Positions 1 through 8,642 of a DNA stretch of 37,025 bases are shown in pieces (within the stretch, counting starts at the first letter, position 1; every line of letters starts with the position of its first letter). The DNA lies in the sequence record SRR20825019_31. One strand, 5' to 3'. Both the position numbers and the translations under genes were made by a program. The notes under the pieces are model-generated. The model did no database searches. It was not told the origin of the DNA and saw only the letters and a program-made list of their open reading frames with translations.

Positions 1-2080
1 TTCCGTCGACTGTTTCAAATGAAATGGAGCGCATGTTCACGTTATTCTCGTTGGAGACAATTTGAGTTATTTGACTTACAATCCCCAAACGGTCAATTCC
101 AAATACCGATACCGACGCAACACGTTCTTGCAGTTCTGATTTCTTCCATCGTGCTTTGATACAGCGATATGCCATTTTAGACATTAAGTGCTCCGCGTTA
201 GGACAATTTGTTCGGTGAACCTTAATTCCTTCGTTAATCGTCACAAATCCAAAAACCAAATCTCCAGGAATTGGACTACAACAGCCGGCCATTTTATACT
301 GGATATTCTTAAAATCCTCGCCGATAATAATTGTATCGTCTTTTTTGTCACCTTTATCCGAGGATGCTTTCTTTACTCTCTTAACCGGAACATTCTTTTC
401 CAATTGAAGAAGGCCATTCACATTCTCTAACTCACGTAACTTAGTGAGGTCAATTTTACTCTTTGCAATTCTAAAATAGAGTTCCGTAGCACTTGGAACT
501 TTATAGAACTTCTCAAGGGTAGAAATGTTTTCAGATGCAAAACGTAAATTGTGTTGTTTGAATTTTCGCTCTAGAATTTCACGCCCATCCATCGCAATTG
601 TCTTGCGCTCTTCGTTGAGAGAAGTCTTTATTTTCTGACGCGCTCTCGCCGTTACCACAAACCTTAACCATTCCTCATTCGGACGTTGTTTAGTAGATGT
701 GATAATTTCGACTTGATCTCCACTTTGCAATTGATAGCTCAACGGAACCAATCGGTTATTCACCTTCGCTCCTATGCACTTGTCTCCAATTTGCGTGTGA
801 ATGTCATAAGCAAAATCCAAAATCGTAGAAGCCGTTGGAAGTACCCGTAAATCGCCTTTTGGTGTAAAAATATAAATCTCGTCATTGAATAAATTCAATC
901 TGAATTCATTCACGAAATCCATCGCGTTCAAATCTGGATTCTCCAGTAAATCCCTTACTTCAGCAATCCAACGATCGAATTTCGTTTCACCATTCTTCGA
1001 TTCTTTGTACTTGTAATGCGCGGCCAATCCTTTTTCTGCAACCTCGTCCATTCTTTCAGAACGAATTTGCACTTCCACCCATTTCCCTGTTGGCGACATC
1101 ACTGTGGTATGCAGCGATTCATAACCATTCGCACGTGGCGTCGAAATCCAATCCCGCAATCTATCTGGGCTGGGTTGATAAAAATCAGTTACAATACTGT
1201 AAACGCGCCAAGCTTCAGATTTTTCTTGTTCAGGAAGCGTATTAAGGATAATTCGAATGGCAAAAATATCGTAGATTTCATCAAAGGGAATTCCTTTGCT
1301 TTCCATCTTTCGCCAAATGGAAGAGATCGATTTCGTTCTTACTTTAATTTTGAAATCGTATCCTTCATTCAATAGCGATTCTCTAATAGGCTGCACAAAT
1401 TTTCGAATAAACCTATTTCGAGCGTCTTTTGTTGATTTTAATCGCGCCTCAATATCTTGATAAATAGTCGATTCTGTATAGCGCATTGCCAAATCTTCCA
1501 ACTCACTTTTGATTGAGTACAATCCCAATCGGTGAGCCATTGGCGCATATAAAAACTTCGTTTCCGAAGCAATTTTCATTTGTTTGTCGGGACGCATACT
1601 TCCCAAGGTCCGCATATTGTGTAGGCGATCAGCAAGTTTGATCAATACTACGCGAATATCGTCTGAAATGGTGAGAATCATCTTTCGGAAATTCTCTGCC
1701 TGAACAGATGCATTTTCGTCAAAAACCTCTGGGATTTTTGTCAGTCCATCTATGATTTGGCGTACTTTCTCTCCGAATAAGTCTTCAACATCTTGAAGTG
1801 TAATGTGCGTATCTTCTACGGTATCGTGCAACAAAGCGCATACAATAGATGTTGCTCCGAGTCCTATTTCTTCTGCACAAATACGCGCAACTGCGATTGG
1901 ATGATAGATGTACGGCTCACCCGACTTTCGACGCATTTCCTTATGTGCTTCTACAGCAACATCGAATGCTTTTCTAATTAATCGCGTGTCTTCTTTCGTA
2001 CGATCTTTGGTCGCTCGCAGCAAGCCTCTAAAAGCATTCAGAATTTCCTTACGCTCTAATTCAAGATCAATATGCGGCAT
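1..2080 (-). CDS. rel: Bifunctional (p)ppGpp synthetase/hydrolase, long RelA/SpoT homolog; 3' end runs off the window
   Basis: Not in the ORF track. I translated segments of the minus strand by hand: MPHIDLELERKEILNAF...RRKSGEPYIYHPIAVA...ALLHDTVEDT (HD hydrolase), RTKSISSIWRKM, YDIFAIR, PDRLRDWIS, WVEVQIRSERM (synthetase), and an ACT-like GIDRLGIVSQITQIVS...NMRSISF at the window edge. An in-frame GTG at 2092 is an alternative start. Confidence 0.95.
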   Translation of the reverse strand, partial: MPHIDLELERKEILNAFRGLLRATKDRTKEDTRLIRKAFDVAVEAHKEMRRKSGEPYIYHPIAVARICAEEIGLGATSIVCALLHDTVEDTHITLQDVEDLFGEKVRQIIDGLTKIPEVFDENASVQAENFRKMILTISDDIRVVLIKLADRLHNMRTLGSMRPDKQMKIASETKFLYAPMAHRLGLYSIKSELEDLAMRYTESTIYQDIEARLKSTKDARNRFIRKFVQPIRESLLNEGYDFKIKVRTKSISSIWRKMESKGIPFDEIYDIFAIRIILNTLPEQEKSEAWRVYSIVTDFYQPSPDRLRDWISTPRANGYESLHTTVMSPTGKWVEVQIRSERMDEVAEKGLAAHYKYKESKNGETKFDRWIAEVRDLLENPDLNAMDFVNEFRLNLFNDEIYIFTPKGDLRVLPTASTILDFAYDIHTQIGDKCIGAKVNNRLVPLSYQLQSGDQVEIITSTKQRPNEEWLRFVVTARARQKIKTSLNEERKTIAMDGREILERKFKQHNLRFASENISTLEKFYKVPSATELYFRIAKSKIDLTKLRELENVNGLLQLEKNVPVKRVKKASSDKGDKKDDTIIIGEDFKNIQYKMAGCCSPIPGDLVFGFVTINEGIKVHRTNCPNAEHLMSKMAYRCIKARWKKSELQERVASVSVFGIDRLGIVSQITQIVSNENNVNMRSISFETVDG

Positions 2081-2099
2081 TTCTTCCTCCACGTTCCGA

Positions 2100-3371
2100 C
2101 TATTTCGTTGGTAACAATTCGGCTCTTACTTCTCCAAAACCTATACGAAGCCCATCTCTTTCACACACTCCGCGCATAATTACGGTATCATAATCGTTGA
2201 TGAATCTTCTTTCGGTTCCATCGTTCATTTCTACTGGTTTTGTTCCTTGCCAAGCAATTTCTAGCATAGATCCGTATTCTCCTTCATTCGGTCCAGAAAT
2301 AGTTCCAGATGCCATTAAGTCTCCCGCTTTTATATTACATCCGTTTATCGTGTGATGTGCCAATTGCTGGTTCATATTCCAATACATATACTTGTAATTG
2401 GAGTTACTCACGATTGTCTCTTCGACATCTCGAGGCTGAACAGCTACCTGAAGCTTAATTTCAACATGTTTGTCTCCTTCATACTCCAAATAAGGAAGTA
2501 CTTTGGGATCTTGAACTGGTCCAGCAGTTCTAAAATTCTCCAGAGCGTCCAAGGTAACAATCCAAGGTGCTATGTGAGAAGCAAAGTTTTTCGCTAAGAA
2601 AGGTCCAAGGGGAACATATTCCCATTTCTGAATATCTCTTGCCGACCAATCATTAAACAAACACATTCCAAAAATGTAATTGTCTGCTTCACTTGTTGAA
2701 ATAGAATCTCCTAACGGTTTTCCATCATACGTGATGAATCCCATTTCGAGTTCAAAATCGAGTAATTTACAAGGTCCAAATACTGGGTTATCGTCGTTTG
2801 GTTTTTGTTGACCTTTTGGACGATGAAATGGCGTTCCTGACACAACAATTGACGAAGCACGACCGTGATAAGCCACTGGTAAGTGTTTCCAGTTAGGCAT
2901 CAAAGCATTTGCTGGGTCACGGAACATACATCCTACGTTATAGGCGTGCTGTTCACTCGAATAGAAGTCTGTGTAATCACCAATTGTAATCGGCATAAGC
3001 ATCGTAACCTCATCCATAGAGATTAATACTTGATTTACATGATGTTCTTTCGAAGAAAGGTCACTTTTATCCGCTTGAAAAAGTTTAGAAAGGCGATCAC
3101 GTAGCTTACGTGTTCCATCCTTCCCTTTTTTCATCATTGGATTTAATGTATCTGTATCGAAATCTTCTAATTCGAACGATAAATTTTCAAAATATCCAAG
3201 AACAAAAAGTGCTTTTAAATCAATTGCAAAATCTCCAATTCTTGAAGCTACTCTTGGCTTTCCGTTACCTACTTTGATAATTCCGAATGGAAGGTTTTGA
3301 ATTGGAAAATCTGAATTAGCTGGGACTTCTACCCATGATGTCAATGCTGGATTATTTGCTGCGATACTCAT
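2100..3371 (-). CDS. fahA: Fumarylacetoacetase
   Basis: SDFPIQNLPFG, GDYTDFYSS, LDFELEMG, NDWSARDIQKWEYVPLGPFLAKNF, SGTISG motifs. Confidence 0.96.
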   Translation of the reverse strand: MSIAANNPALTSWVEVPANSDFPIQNLPFGIIKVGNGKPRVASRIGDFAIDLKALFVLGYFENLSFELEDFDTDTLNPMMKKGKDGTRKLRDRLSKLFQADKSDLSSKEHHVNQVLISMDEVTMLMPITIGDYTDFYSSEQHAYNVGCMFRDPANALMPNWKHLPVAYHGRASSIVVSGTPFHRPKGQQKPNDDNPVFGPCKLLDFELEMGFITYDGKPLGDSISTSEADNYIFGMCLFNDWSARDIQKWEYVPLGPFLAKNFASHIAPWIVTLDALENFRTAGPVQDPKVLPYLEYEGDKHVEIKLQVAVQPRDVEETIVSNSNYKYMYWNMNQQLAHHTINGCNIKAGDLMASGTISGPNEGEYGSMLEIAWQGTKPVEMNDGTERRFINDYDTVIMRGVCERDGLRIGFGEVRAELLPTK

Positions 3372-3439
3372 TGTCTATAATTTGTTTTTTACGTTTTATG
3401 ACGAAATTTCTTATCCTTCTAAAATAAGAATTCCTTTAA

Positions 3440-4537
3440 CTATACGTTGAATCTGAAGTGCATAATATCACCATCTTCTACAATATATTCTTTTCCTTCT
3501 ACTTTAAATCGACCTGCTTCCTTCACTGCATTCTCGCTTCCAAGCTCAGTGAAATCTGCGTACTTCATTACTTCTGCACGAATGAATCCTTTTTCAAAAT
3601 CTGTATGGATTACACCTGCCGCTTGCGGAGCTGTCATTCCTTTAGTAATTGTCCAAGCACGTACTTCTTTCACACCTGCTGTAAAGTATGTTTTAAGATT
3701 TAGCAACGAGTATGCAGAACGAATCAAACGATTCACACCTGGCTCTTCGAGTCCAAGTTCATCCAAGAACATTTGACGCTCTTCATACGTTTCAAGATCC
3801 ATAATATCAGACTCAATACGTGCACCGATTACAAGAACTTCCGCTTCTTCATCCTTCACCGCTTCTTTGACTGCATCCACGTGAGCATTTCCATTTTTCA
3901 CAGAAGCCTCATCCACATTACACAAATACATTACAGGTTTTGAAGTAATCAAATGAAATGATTTCACGATTTCTTGCTCAGCTTCATCAAACTTAAGCGT
4001 TCGAACAGATTCTCCACTTTCTAGAAGTTCCTTAATTCTAACAGCTAGGTTGTATTCCTTCACGATATCTTTATCTCCTGATTTCACCATTCGTTGAACA
4101 GAAGCAATTTTCTTTTCAATTGTTTCGAAATCTTTCAATTGGAGCTCAATATCAATAATTCCTTTATCGCGGACTGGGTCTACAGAACCATCTACGTGGA
4201 TAATGTTTCCATCGTCAAAACAACGCAAGACGTGAATAATTGCATCAGTTTCACGAATGTTCGCTAAGAACTGATTTCCTAAACCTTCTCCTTTTGATGC
4301 TCCTTTCACCAAACCTGCGATATCAACAATTTCCATGGTTGTTGGAACCACACGCTCAGGTTTCACAATGCTCTCCAATTTTTCAACTCGAGGATCCGGT
4401 ACCGAGATAGTTCCAATATTTGGCTCAATCGTACAAAACGGATAGTTCGCCGATTGCGCTTTCGCGTTAGACAGGCAATTAAAAAGAGTTGACTTTCCTA
4501 CGTTTGGAAGTCCTACAATTCCACATTTTAATGACAT
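3440..4537 (-). CDS. ychF: Redox-regulated ribosome-binding ATPase YchF
   Basis: GIVGLPNVGKST, NYPFCTIEPN, DIAGLVKGASKGEGLGNQFL, C-terminal TGS ending HFRFNV. Start moved to ATG 4537 (MSLKCG) because the listed start overlaps the promoter box. Confidence 0.97.
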   Translation of the reverse strand: MSLKCGIVGLPNVGKSTLFNCLSNAKAQSANYPFCTIEPNIGTISVPDPRVEKLESIVKPERVVPTTMEIVDIAGLVKGASKGEGLGNQFLANIRETDAIIHVLRCFDDGNIIHVDGSVDPVRDKGIIDIELQLKDFETIEKKIASVQRMVKSGDKDIVKEYNLAVRIKELLESGESVRTLKFDEAEQEIVKSFHLITSKPVMYLCNVDEASVKNGNAHVDAVKEAVKDEEAEVLVIGARIESDIMDLETYEERQMFLDELGLEEPGVNRLIRSAYSLLNLKTYFTAGVKEVRAWTITKGMTAPQAAGVIHTDFEKGFIRAEVMKYADFTELGSENAVKEAGRFKVEGKEYIVEDGDIMHFRFNV

Positions 4538-4554
4538 TGAATTCGATTTTTTCA

Positions 4555-4562
4555 CAAAGATA
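4555..4562 (-). promoter_or_regulatory. Bacteroidota -7 promoter element for ychF
   Basis: TATCTTTG on the minus strand matches TAnnTTTG, 17 nt upstream of ATG 4537. Confidence 0.6.
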
Positions 4563-4637
4563 ATTGAAAGAAGGAAAGAACCTCATTTCGAAGCAAAATA
4601 CGCTCAATTACGTATTGATAATCTTTCTAGCAAAAGC

Positions 4638-4645
4638 TATTTTTG
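4638..4645 (+). promoter_or_regulatory. -7 promoter element for the tandem secreted-protein pair
   Basis: TATTTTTG 10 nt upstream of ATG 4656. Confidence 0.5.
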
Positions 4646-4655
4646 ATTAAAAAAC

Positions 4656-5324
4656 ATGAAACACCTGCTTTTTTCGCTGTTCCTCTTTTTTGGATTGACT
4701 TCCTTTTCTCAAATGAACATCGAACAACTTTTGACGCAGGTTCAACAACTTAAATTACCATTTGATACGCCAGCTTGGCTTCCTGTGGATGGTTGGGAAG
4801 GCGATATCGAATTTAATAACTACTCGTTTCCGAAGAATGAAATCACCGAACTCTATTCCAAAAGCAAGAATAATCCAATAGCACAGGATAAATACTTCGC
4901 TGCTGGCTATCTTCCGTTGGGTGAAGCTACAGCACTCGTTTATTTATGGTCTCATGTGGATGAATTGGACAGTGTGAGACGTTATTCTGTGTGCATGGAC
5001 ACGTACGATGCAAAAGGATTATTGGTTGATTTCACTGCTTTATCGAGCCTCAGAATTTCTAGCGAGTTGCTAGGAACTCCTGAAAATACGGCTTTTACCC
5101 AATCTATTTATCACACCATAAATGGAAAAATCTCTTTGGATAAAGGCATCTACTATTGTAAAATCACCACTGATGAGAAATTGATTCACAGCACGGAAAA
5201 AGAACTTTTGGGCGATTATTACACGGAAGATGAACAAATTACTCAATCCACTCAAATACACTTATCAGTTATCCTTCCAAATGGACACTTGAATCCTGTC
5301 TACAACGAGGAAACAGACAACTAA
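4656..5324 (+). CDS. Secreted hypothetical protein, paralog 1
   Basis: Sec signal MKHLLFSLFLFFGLTSFS|Q; aligns over its length with 5370..6041. Confidence 0.85.
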   Translation: MKHLLFSLFLFFGLTSFSQMNIEQLLTQVQQLKLPFDTPAWLPVDGWEGDIEFNNYSFPKNEITELYSKSKNNPIAQDKYFAAGYLPLGEATALVYLWSHVDELDSVRRYSVCMDTYDAKGLLVDFTALSSLRISSELLGTPENTAFTQSIYHTINGKISLDKGIYYCKITTDEKLIHSTEKELLGDYYTEDEQITQSTQIHLSVILPNGHLNPVYNEETDN

Positions 5325-5369
5325 ACAATGATATCACATTCTAATTCAACCAAATAAACGTTCGTAAAA

Positions 5370-6041
5370 ATGAAAAAAACATCCATTCTCTTGGCTCTCA
5401 TTTGTTCCACATTCACTGGATATACGCAAATGAACATTTCCCAAATAAAAGCACAACTTCCCGCACTAAAACTACCTTTTGAATGCCCAACTAATATTCC
5501 CTACAATGCATGGGGTGATGAAGAACTCAATCTTTCGGAATATCCTTATGTCAAAAAGGATATTACGCCATTGTATGAGGCAAGCACGTATTCTTCTGGA
5601 GAAAATGACCGCTATCTCGGATTGGGATATTTAAGTTTGGGAAAAACCACAGCGCTCATATACTTATGGGAAAACGTGAGTATGTACGATGGAATGTACC
5701 GATATTCGATTCGCTTAGATACGTATGATGAAAAAGGTGAATTTATAGATCATGCTATTTTGTTCATGGATATCTCACAATCATTGCACGATTTAGATCC
5801 AGATTATGAAGGTGATCCAGAAAATTACAGCGAGATAATTCATGGTTCATTGTATTCCGCGAATAATTCGACTTTTATCAAACGTAATGTGGAAGAATCT
5901 GTAACCCGAATTATCGAAATCGTAAATGGCGATGAATATGACACGGAGAACTTATTACTGACGAAAACCAATCACTTCGATTTACTAGAAATATTACCGA
6001 CGGGCAAAATAGAACTCATGTACAACGAGGAAGAAGAATAA
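5370..6041 (+). CDS. Secreted acidic hypothetical protein, paralog 2
   Basis: Sec signal ending YT|Q; shares QMNI, LKLPF, GYLxLGxxTALxYLW, RYS, DTYDxKG and ILPxG...YNEE with paralog 1. Confidence 0.85.
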   Translation: MKKTSILLALICSTFTGYTQMNISQIKAQLPALKLPFECPTNIPYNAWGDEELNLSEYPYVKKDITPLYEASTYSSGENDRYLGLGYLSLGKTTALIYLWENVSMYDGMYRYSIRLDTYDEKGEFIDHAILFMDISQSLHDLDPDYEGDPENYSEIIHGSLYSANNSTFIKRNVEESVTRIIEIVNGDEYDTENLLLTKTNHFDLLEILPTGKIELMYNEEEE

Positions 6042-6127
6042 ACCGCTACATGTAGACAAGCTCATTCGTCACGATTCGTTTTTTTGCCCATTCAAATACA
6101 CGTTCATCCTCATTCTTATAGGAATGC

Positions 6128-6135
6128 TATTTTTG
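6128..6135 (+). promoter_or_regulatory. -7 promoter element for the carbamoyltransferase
   Basis: TATTTTTG just upstream of ATG 6144/6147; argues against the TTG start at 6084. Confidence 0.55.
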
Positions 6136-6143
6136 CTATACAA

Positions 6144-8015
6144 ATGATGAAGAAAATTCTGGGTATTTCTGCCTTCTACCATGATTCCGCAGCTTCAATT
6201 GTTGTTGGAGGAAATATTATTGCCGCGGCGCAAGAGGAACGCTTTACACGAAAAAAACATACTTCAGAATTTCCTGTGCACGCCATTCGCTATTGTTTAG
6301 AAGAAGCAGGATTAACAATAGATGAATTAGATGCCGTTGTATTCTACGACAAACCATTTTTGAAATTTGAGCGACTATTAGAAACCTTCTACGCATTCTC
6401 ACCAAAGGGAATTCGCTCTTTTTTAAAAGCCATGCCCGTTTGGACGAAAGAAAAACTCTTTCTCCGTAAACAGCTGATTACTGGACTAAAAGAAGTAGAA
6501 AACTTCGACAAAAAGAAAGTCAAAATACTTTATTCAGAGCATCATTTGTCTCATGCCGCGAGTGCTTTTTATCCTTCGAATTATAAAAAATCAGCCATTC
6601 TTACCATTGACGGCGTTGGAGAATGGAGCACAGCATCCATAGGCATTGGAGAAGGAAATCAGTTGACAATTCTGAAAGAAATGCACTTTCCACATTCCGT
6701 TGGTTTGCTTTACAGTGCCTTCACCTACTACCTTGGCTTTACGGTAAATTCAGGTGAATACAAGCTCATGGGACTCGCTCCGTACGGAAATCCTGAAGAT
6801 GAGCAAACACAGGAATTTGTTCGCCAAATCACTTCTCATTTAATTGACATAAAAGAAGATGGATCGATTTGGATGGATCAATCTTACTTTAACTATGCCG
6901 TTGGACTGCGTATGGCAAAAGACACTGCTTGGGAGAAATTGTTTGGTTTTCCACGAAGGTCAGAAGACGGTGAAATTCTTCAACACCATTGTAATCTTGC
7001 ACTTGCGATTCAACAAGTGACTGAGGAAATTGTTTTAAAAATGGCTCGTGAAGCAAAACGAATTACGCAATGTGATCATCTGTGTCTTGCTGGTGGAGTC
7101 GCCCTAAATTGCGTTGCCAACGGGAAACTTTTGCAAGAAAACATCTTCTCTTCTATTTATATTCAACCCGCTTCGGGTGATGCTGGTGGCGCATTAGGTG
7201 CAGCCCTCGCGATGAGTCACCTTTACTTTGGAGAGGAAAGAATAATTGATCCCAATTCCTACGATTTAATGAATGGAGCTTATTTGGGACCTGAATTTTC
7301 AAATCGCGAAGTAGCATTAATGAATCGCAAAGTGAAAGCTTCGAGTGAAGCATTTGAGCGTTTTGAAGACCTTTCCCAAAAAGTAGCGAAACTGATTGCC
7401 GAAGGAAATATCGTTGGTTGGTTTCAAGGAAGAATGGAATTTGGCCCGCGAGCACTTGGAAACAGAAGTATTCTAGGAGATGTTCGCAATAATCAAATGC
7501 AGCAAAAAATCAATCTGAAAATAAAATACCGCGAAGGATTCAGACCATTTGCGCCTTCAGTTCTCGCTTCAGACAGTGGTCAGTATTTCGATTTGGAAAC
7601 TGCCTCACCTTATATGCTTTTGGTTGCTCCAATCTTAGAGTCGAGAAGGAAAAAATTGCCCGAAGATTTTAGTTCTTTAAATTTAAAAGAGCGTTTGGGC
7701 GTTGAAAGAAGTGATATTCAAGCGGTAACACATTTAGATTTTTCGGCAAGAATTCAAACCGTTCATGAAAAGACGAATCCACGTTATCATCGATTAATTT
7801 CAGACATAAAGCAAGAAACCAATTTTGGACTTGTTCTTAATACGAGTTTTAATGTGCGCGGTGAACCCGTTGTTTGCACTCCGCACGATGCTTACCGCTG
7901 TTTCATGAGCACTGACATGGATTATTTGGTCATCAACGACTTTCTTTATTCCAAAACAGACCAACCCGATTGGGAAAACAAGGAAAAATGGAGACAACAG
8001 TTTGAGAAGGATTAG
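6144..8015 (+). CDS. O-carbamoyltransferase, NodU/CmcH/TobZ family (SxtI-like)
   Basis: ILGISAFYHDSAA, AQEERF, EHHLSHAASAF, DGVGE, GEYKLMGLAPYG, GGVALNCVAN, EFGPRALGNRS, REGFRPFAP, NTSFNVRGEP. Confidence 0.94.
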   Translation: MMKKILGISAFYHDSAASIVVGGNIIAAAQEERFTRKKHTSEFPVHAIRYCLEEAGLTIDELDAVVFYDKPFLKFERLLETFYAFSPKGIRSFLKAMPVWTKEKLFLRKQLITGLKEVENFDKKKVKILYSEHHLSHAASAFYPSNYKKSAILTIDGVGEWSTASIGIGEGNQLTILKEMHFPHSVGLLYSAFTYYLGFTVNSGEYKLMGLAPYGNPEDEQTQEFVRQITSHLIDIKEDGSIWMDQSYFNYAVGLRMAKDTAWEKLFGFPRRSEDGEILQHHCNLALAIQQVTEEIVLKMAREAKRITQCDHLCLAGGVALNCVANGKLLQENIFSSIYIQPASGDAGGALGAALAMSHLYFGEERIIDPNSYDLMNGAYLGPEFSNREVALMNRKVKASSEAFERFEDLSQKVAKLIAEGNIVGWFQGRMEFGPRALGNRSILGDVRNNQMQQKINLKIKYREGFRPFAPSVLASDSGQYFDLETASPYMLLVAPILESRRKKLPEDFSSLNLKERLGVERSDIQAVTHLDFSARIQTVHEKTNPRYHRLISDIKQETNFGLVLNTSFNVRGEPVVCTPHDAYRCFMSTDMDYLVINDFLYSKTDQPDWENKEKWRQQFEKD

Positions 8016-8076
8016 AAAGAATCGTGAAAAATCATTTGAAAAAAAATCTGCATCTTAGCACAAAATAAATTCTGCT

Positions 8077-8226
8077 ATGCACTTCCTAAAAGAACTTTGG
8101 CTCTTCATAAAAGAACGAAAAAAACTCTGGTTAGCGCCCGTAATTATCGTTTTATTAATGATTGGCGCCCTGCTTATTTTCAGCAGTGGTAGTGCCGTAG
8201 CTCCGTTTATTTACTCTCTTTTCTAA
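8077..8226 (+). CDS. 49-aa membrane peptide, SxtK/DUF5989-like
   Basis: Below the ORF-track cutoff. Manual translation: MHFLKELWLFIKERKKLWLAPVIIVLLMIGALLIFSSGSAVAPFIYSLF. RKKxWLxP...APFIYxLF signature; stop lies 1 nt before the next ATG. Confidence 0.88.
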   Translation: MHFLKELWLFIKERKKLWLAPVIIVLLMIGALLIFSSGSAVAPFIYSLF

Positions 8227-8227
8227 A

Positions 8228-8596
8228 ATGGCAGCAACAACACAATCTCCCTTTCGAACTGTGCTAACGATTTCCGTTGGGTTCATGGTCGTTTTCTTGG
8301 CGATTCACCAAAATTGGGCATTGTATGTAGCTTTGAGCGTTGGTTTAATCGGTGTCTTTTCTACGTTTCTAAGCGAAAAAATTGATTTTGTTTGGACAAA
8401 ACTCGCTTGGATTCTGAGTTTAATTGTTCCCAATATTATTCTTACACTCGTTTTCTACCTCTTTTTATTTCCCATTTCTCTACTGGCTCGGATTTTCAGA
8501 AAGAATGATCCCATGGCTCTCAAAAACAATCAATCATCCCTATTTCACGAAGCAAAAAAATCGTTCGAGCCTAAATCTTTTGAGCGTTCATTCTGA
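8228..8596 (+). CDS. SxtJ-family membrane protein
   Basis: Several hydrophobic segments, WTKLAWILS...IILTLVFYLFLFPISLLARIFRKNDP, C-terminal FERSF; context next to a carbamoyltransferase and an SxtK-like ORF. Confidence 0.8.
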   Translation: MAATTQSPFRTVLTISVGFMVVFLAIHQNWALYVALSVGLIGVFSTFLSEKIDFVWTKLAWILSLIVPNIILTLVFYLFLFPISLLARIFRKNDPMALKNNQSSLFHEAKKSFEPKSFERSF

Positions 8597-8642
8597 TTAA
8601 AACAGTTGAAGAGATGATTATATTCGTAAAAACATTTTGAAA

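Noticed and set aside
1320..1350. Rel synthetase motif reads KVRTKS instead of the usual GRxK
   Set aside because: R and K and the other synthetase motifs are intact; a single substitution is not evidence of inactivation
188..2114. Four plus-strand ORFs of 62-119 aa in the ORF track
   Set aside because: They are antisense shadows of rel, which occupies the minus strand
6144..8596. Saxitoxin biosynthesis
   Set aside because: No sxtA, sxtG or other core genes in the window; sxtIJK-like modules also occur in non-producers
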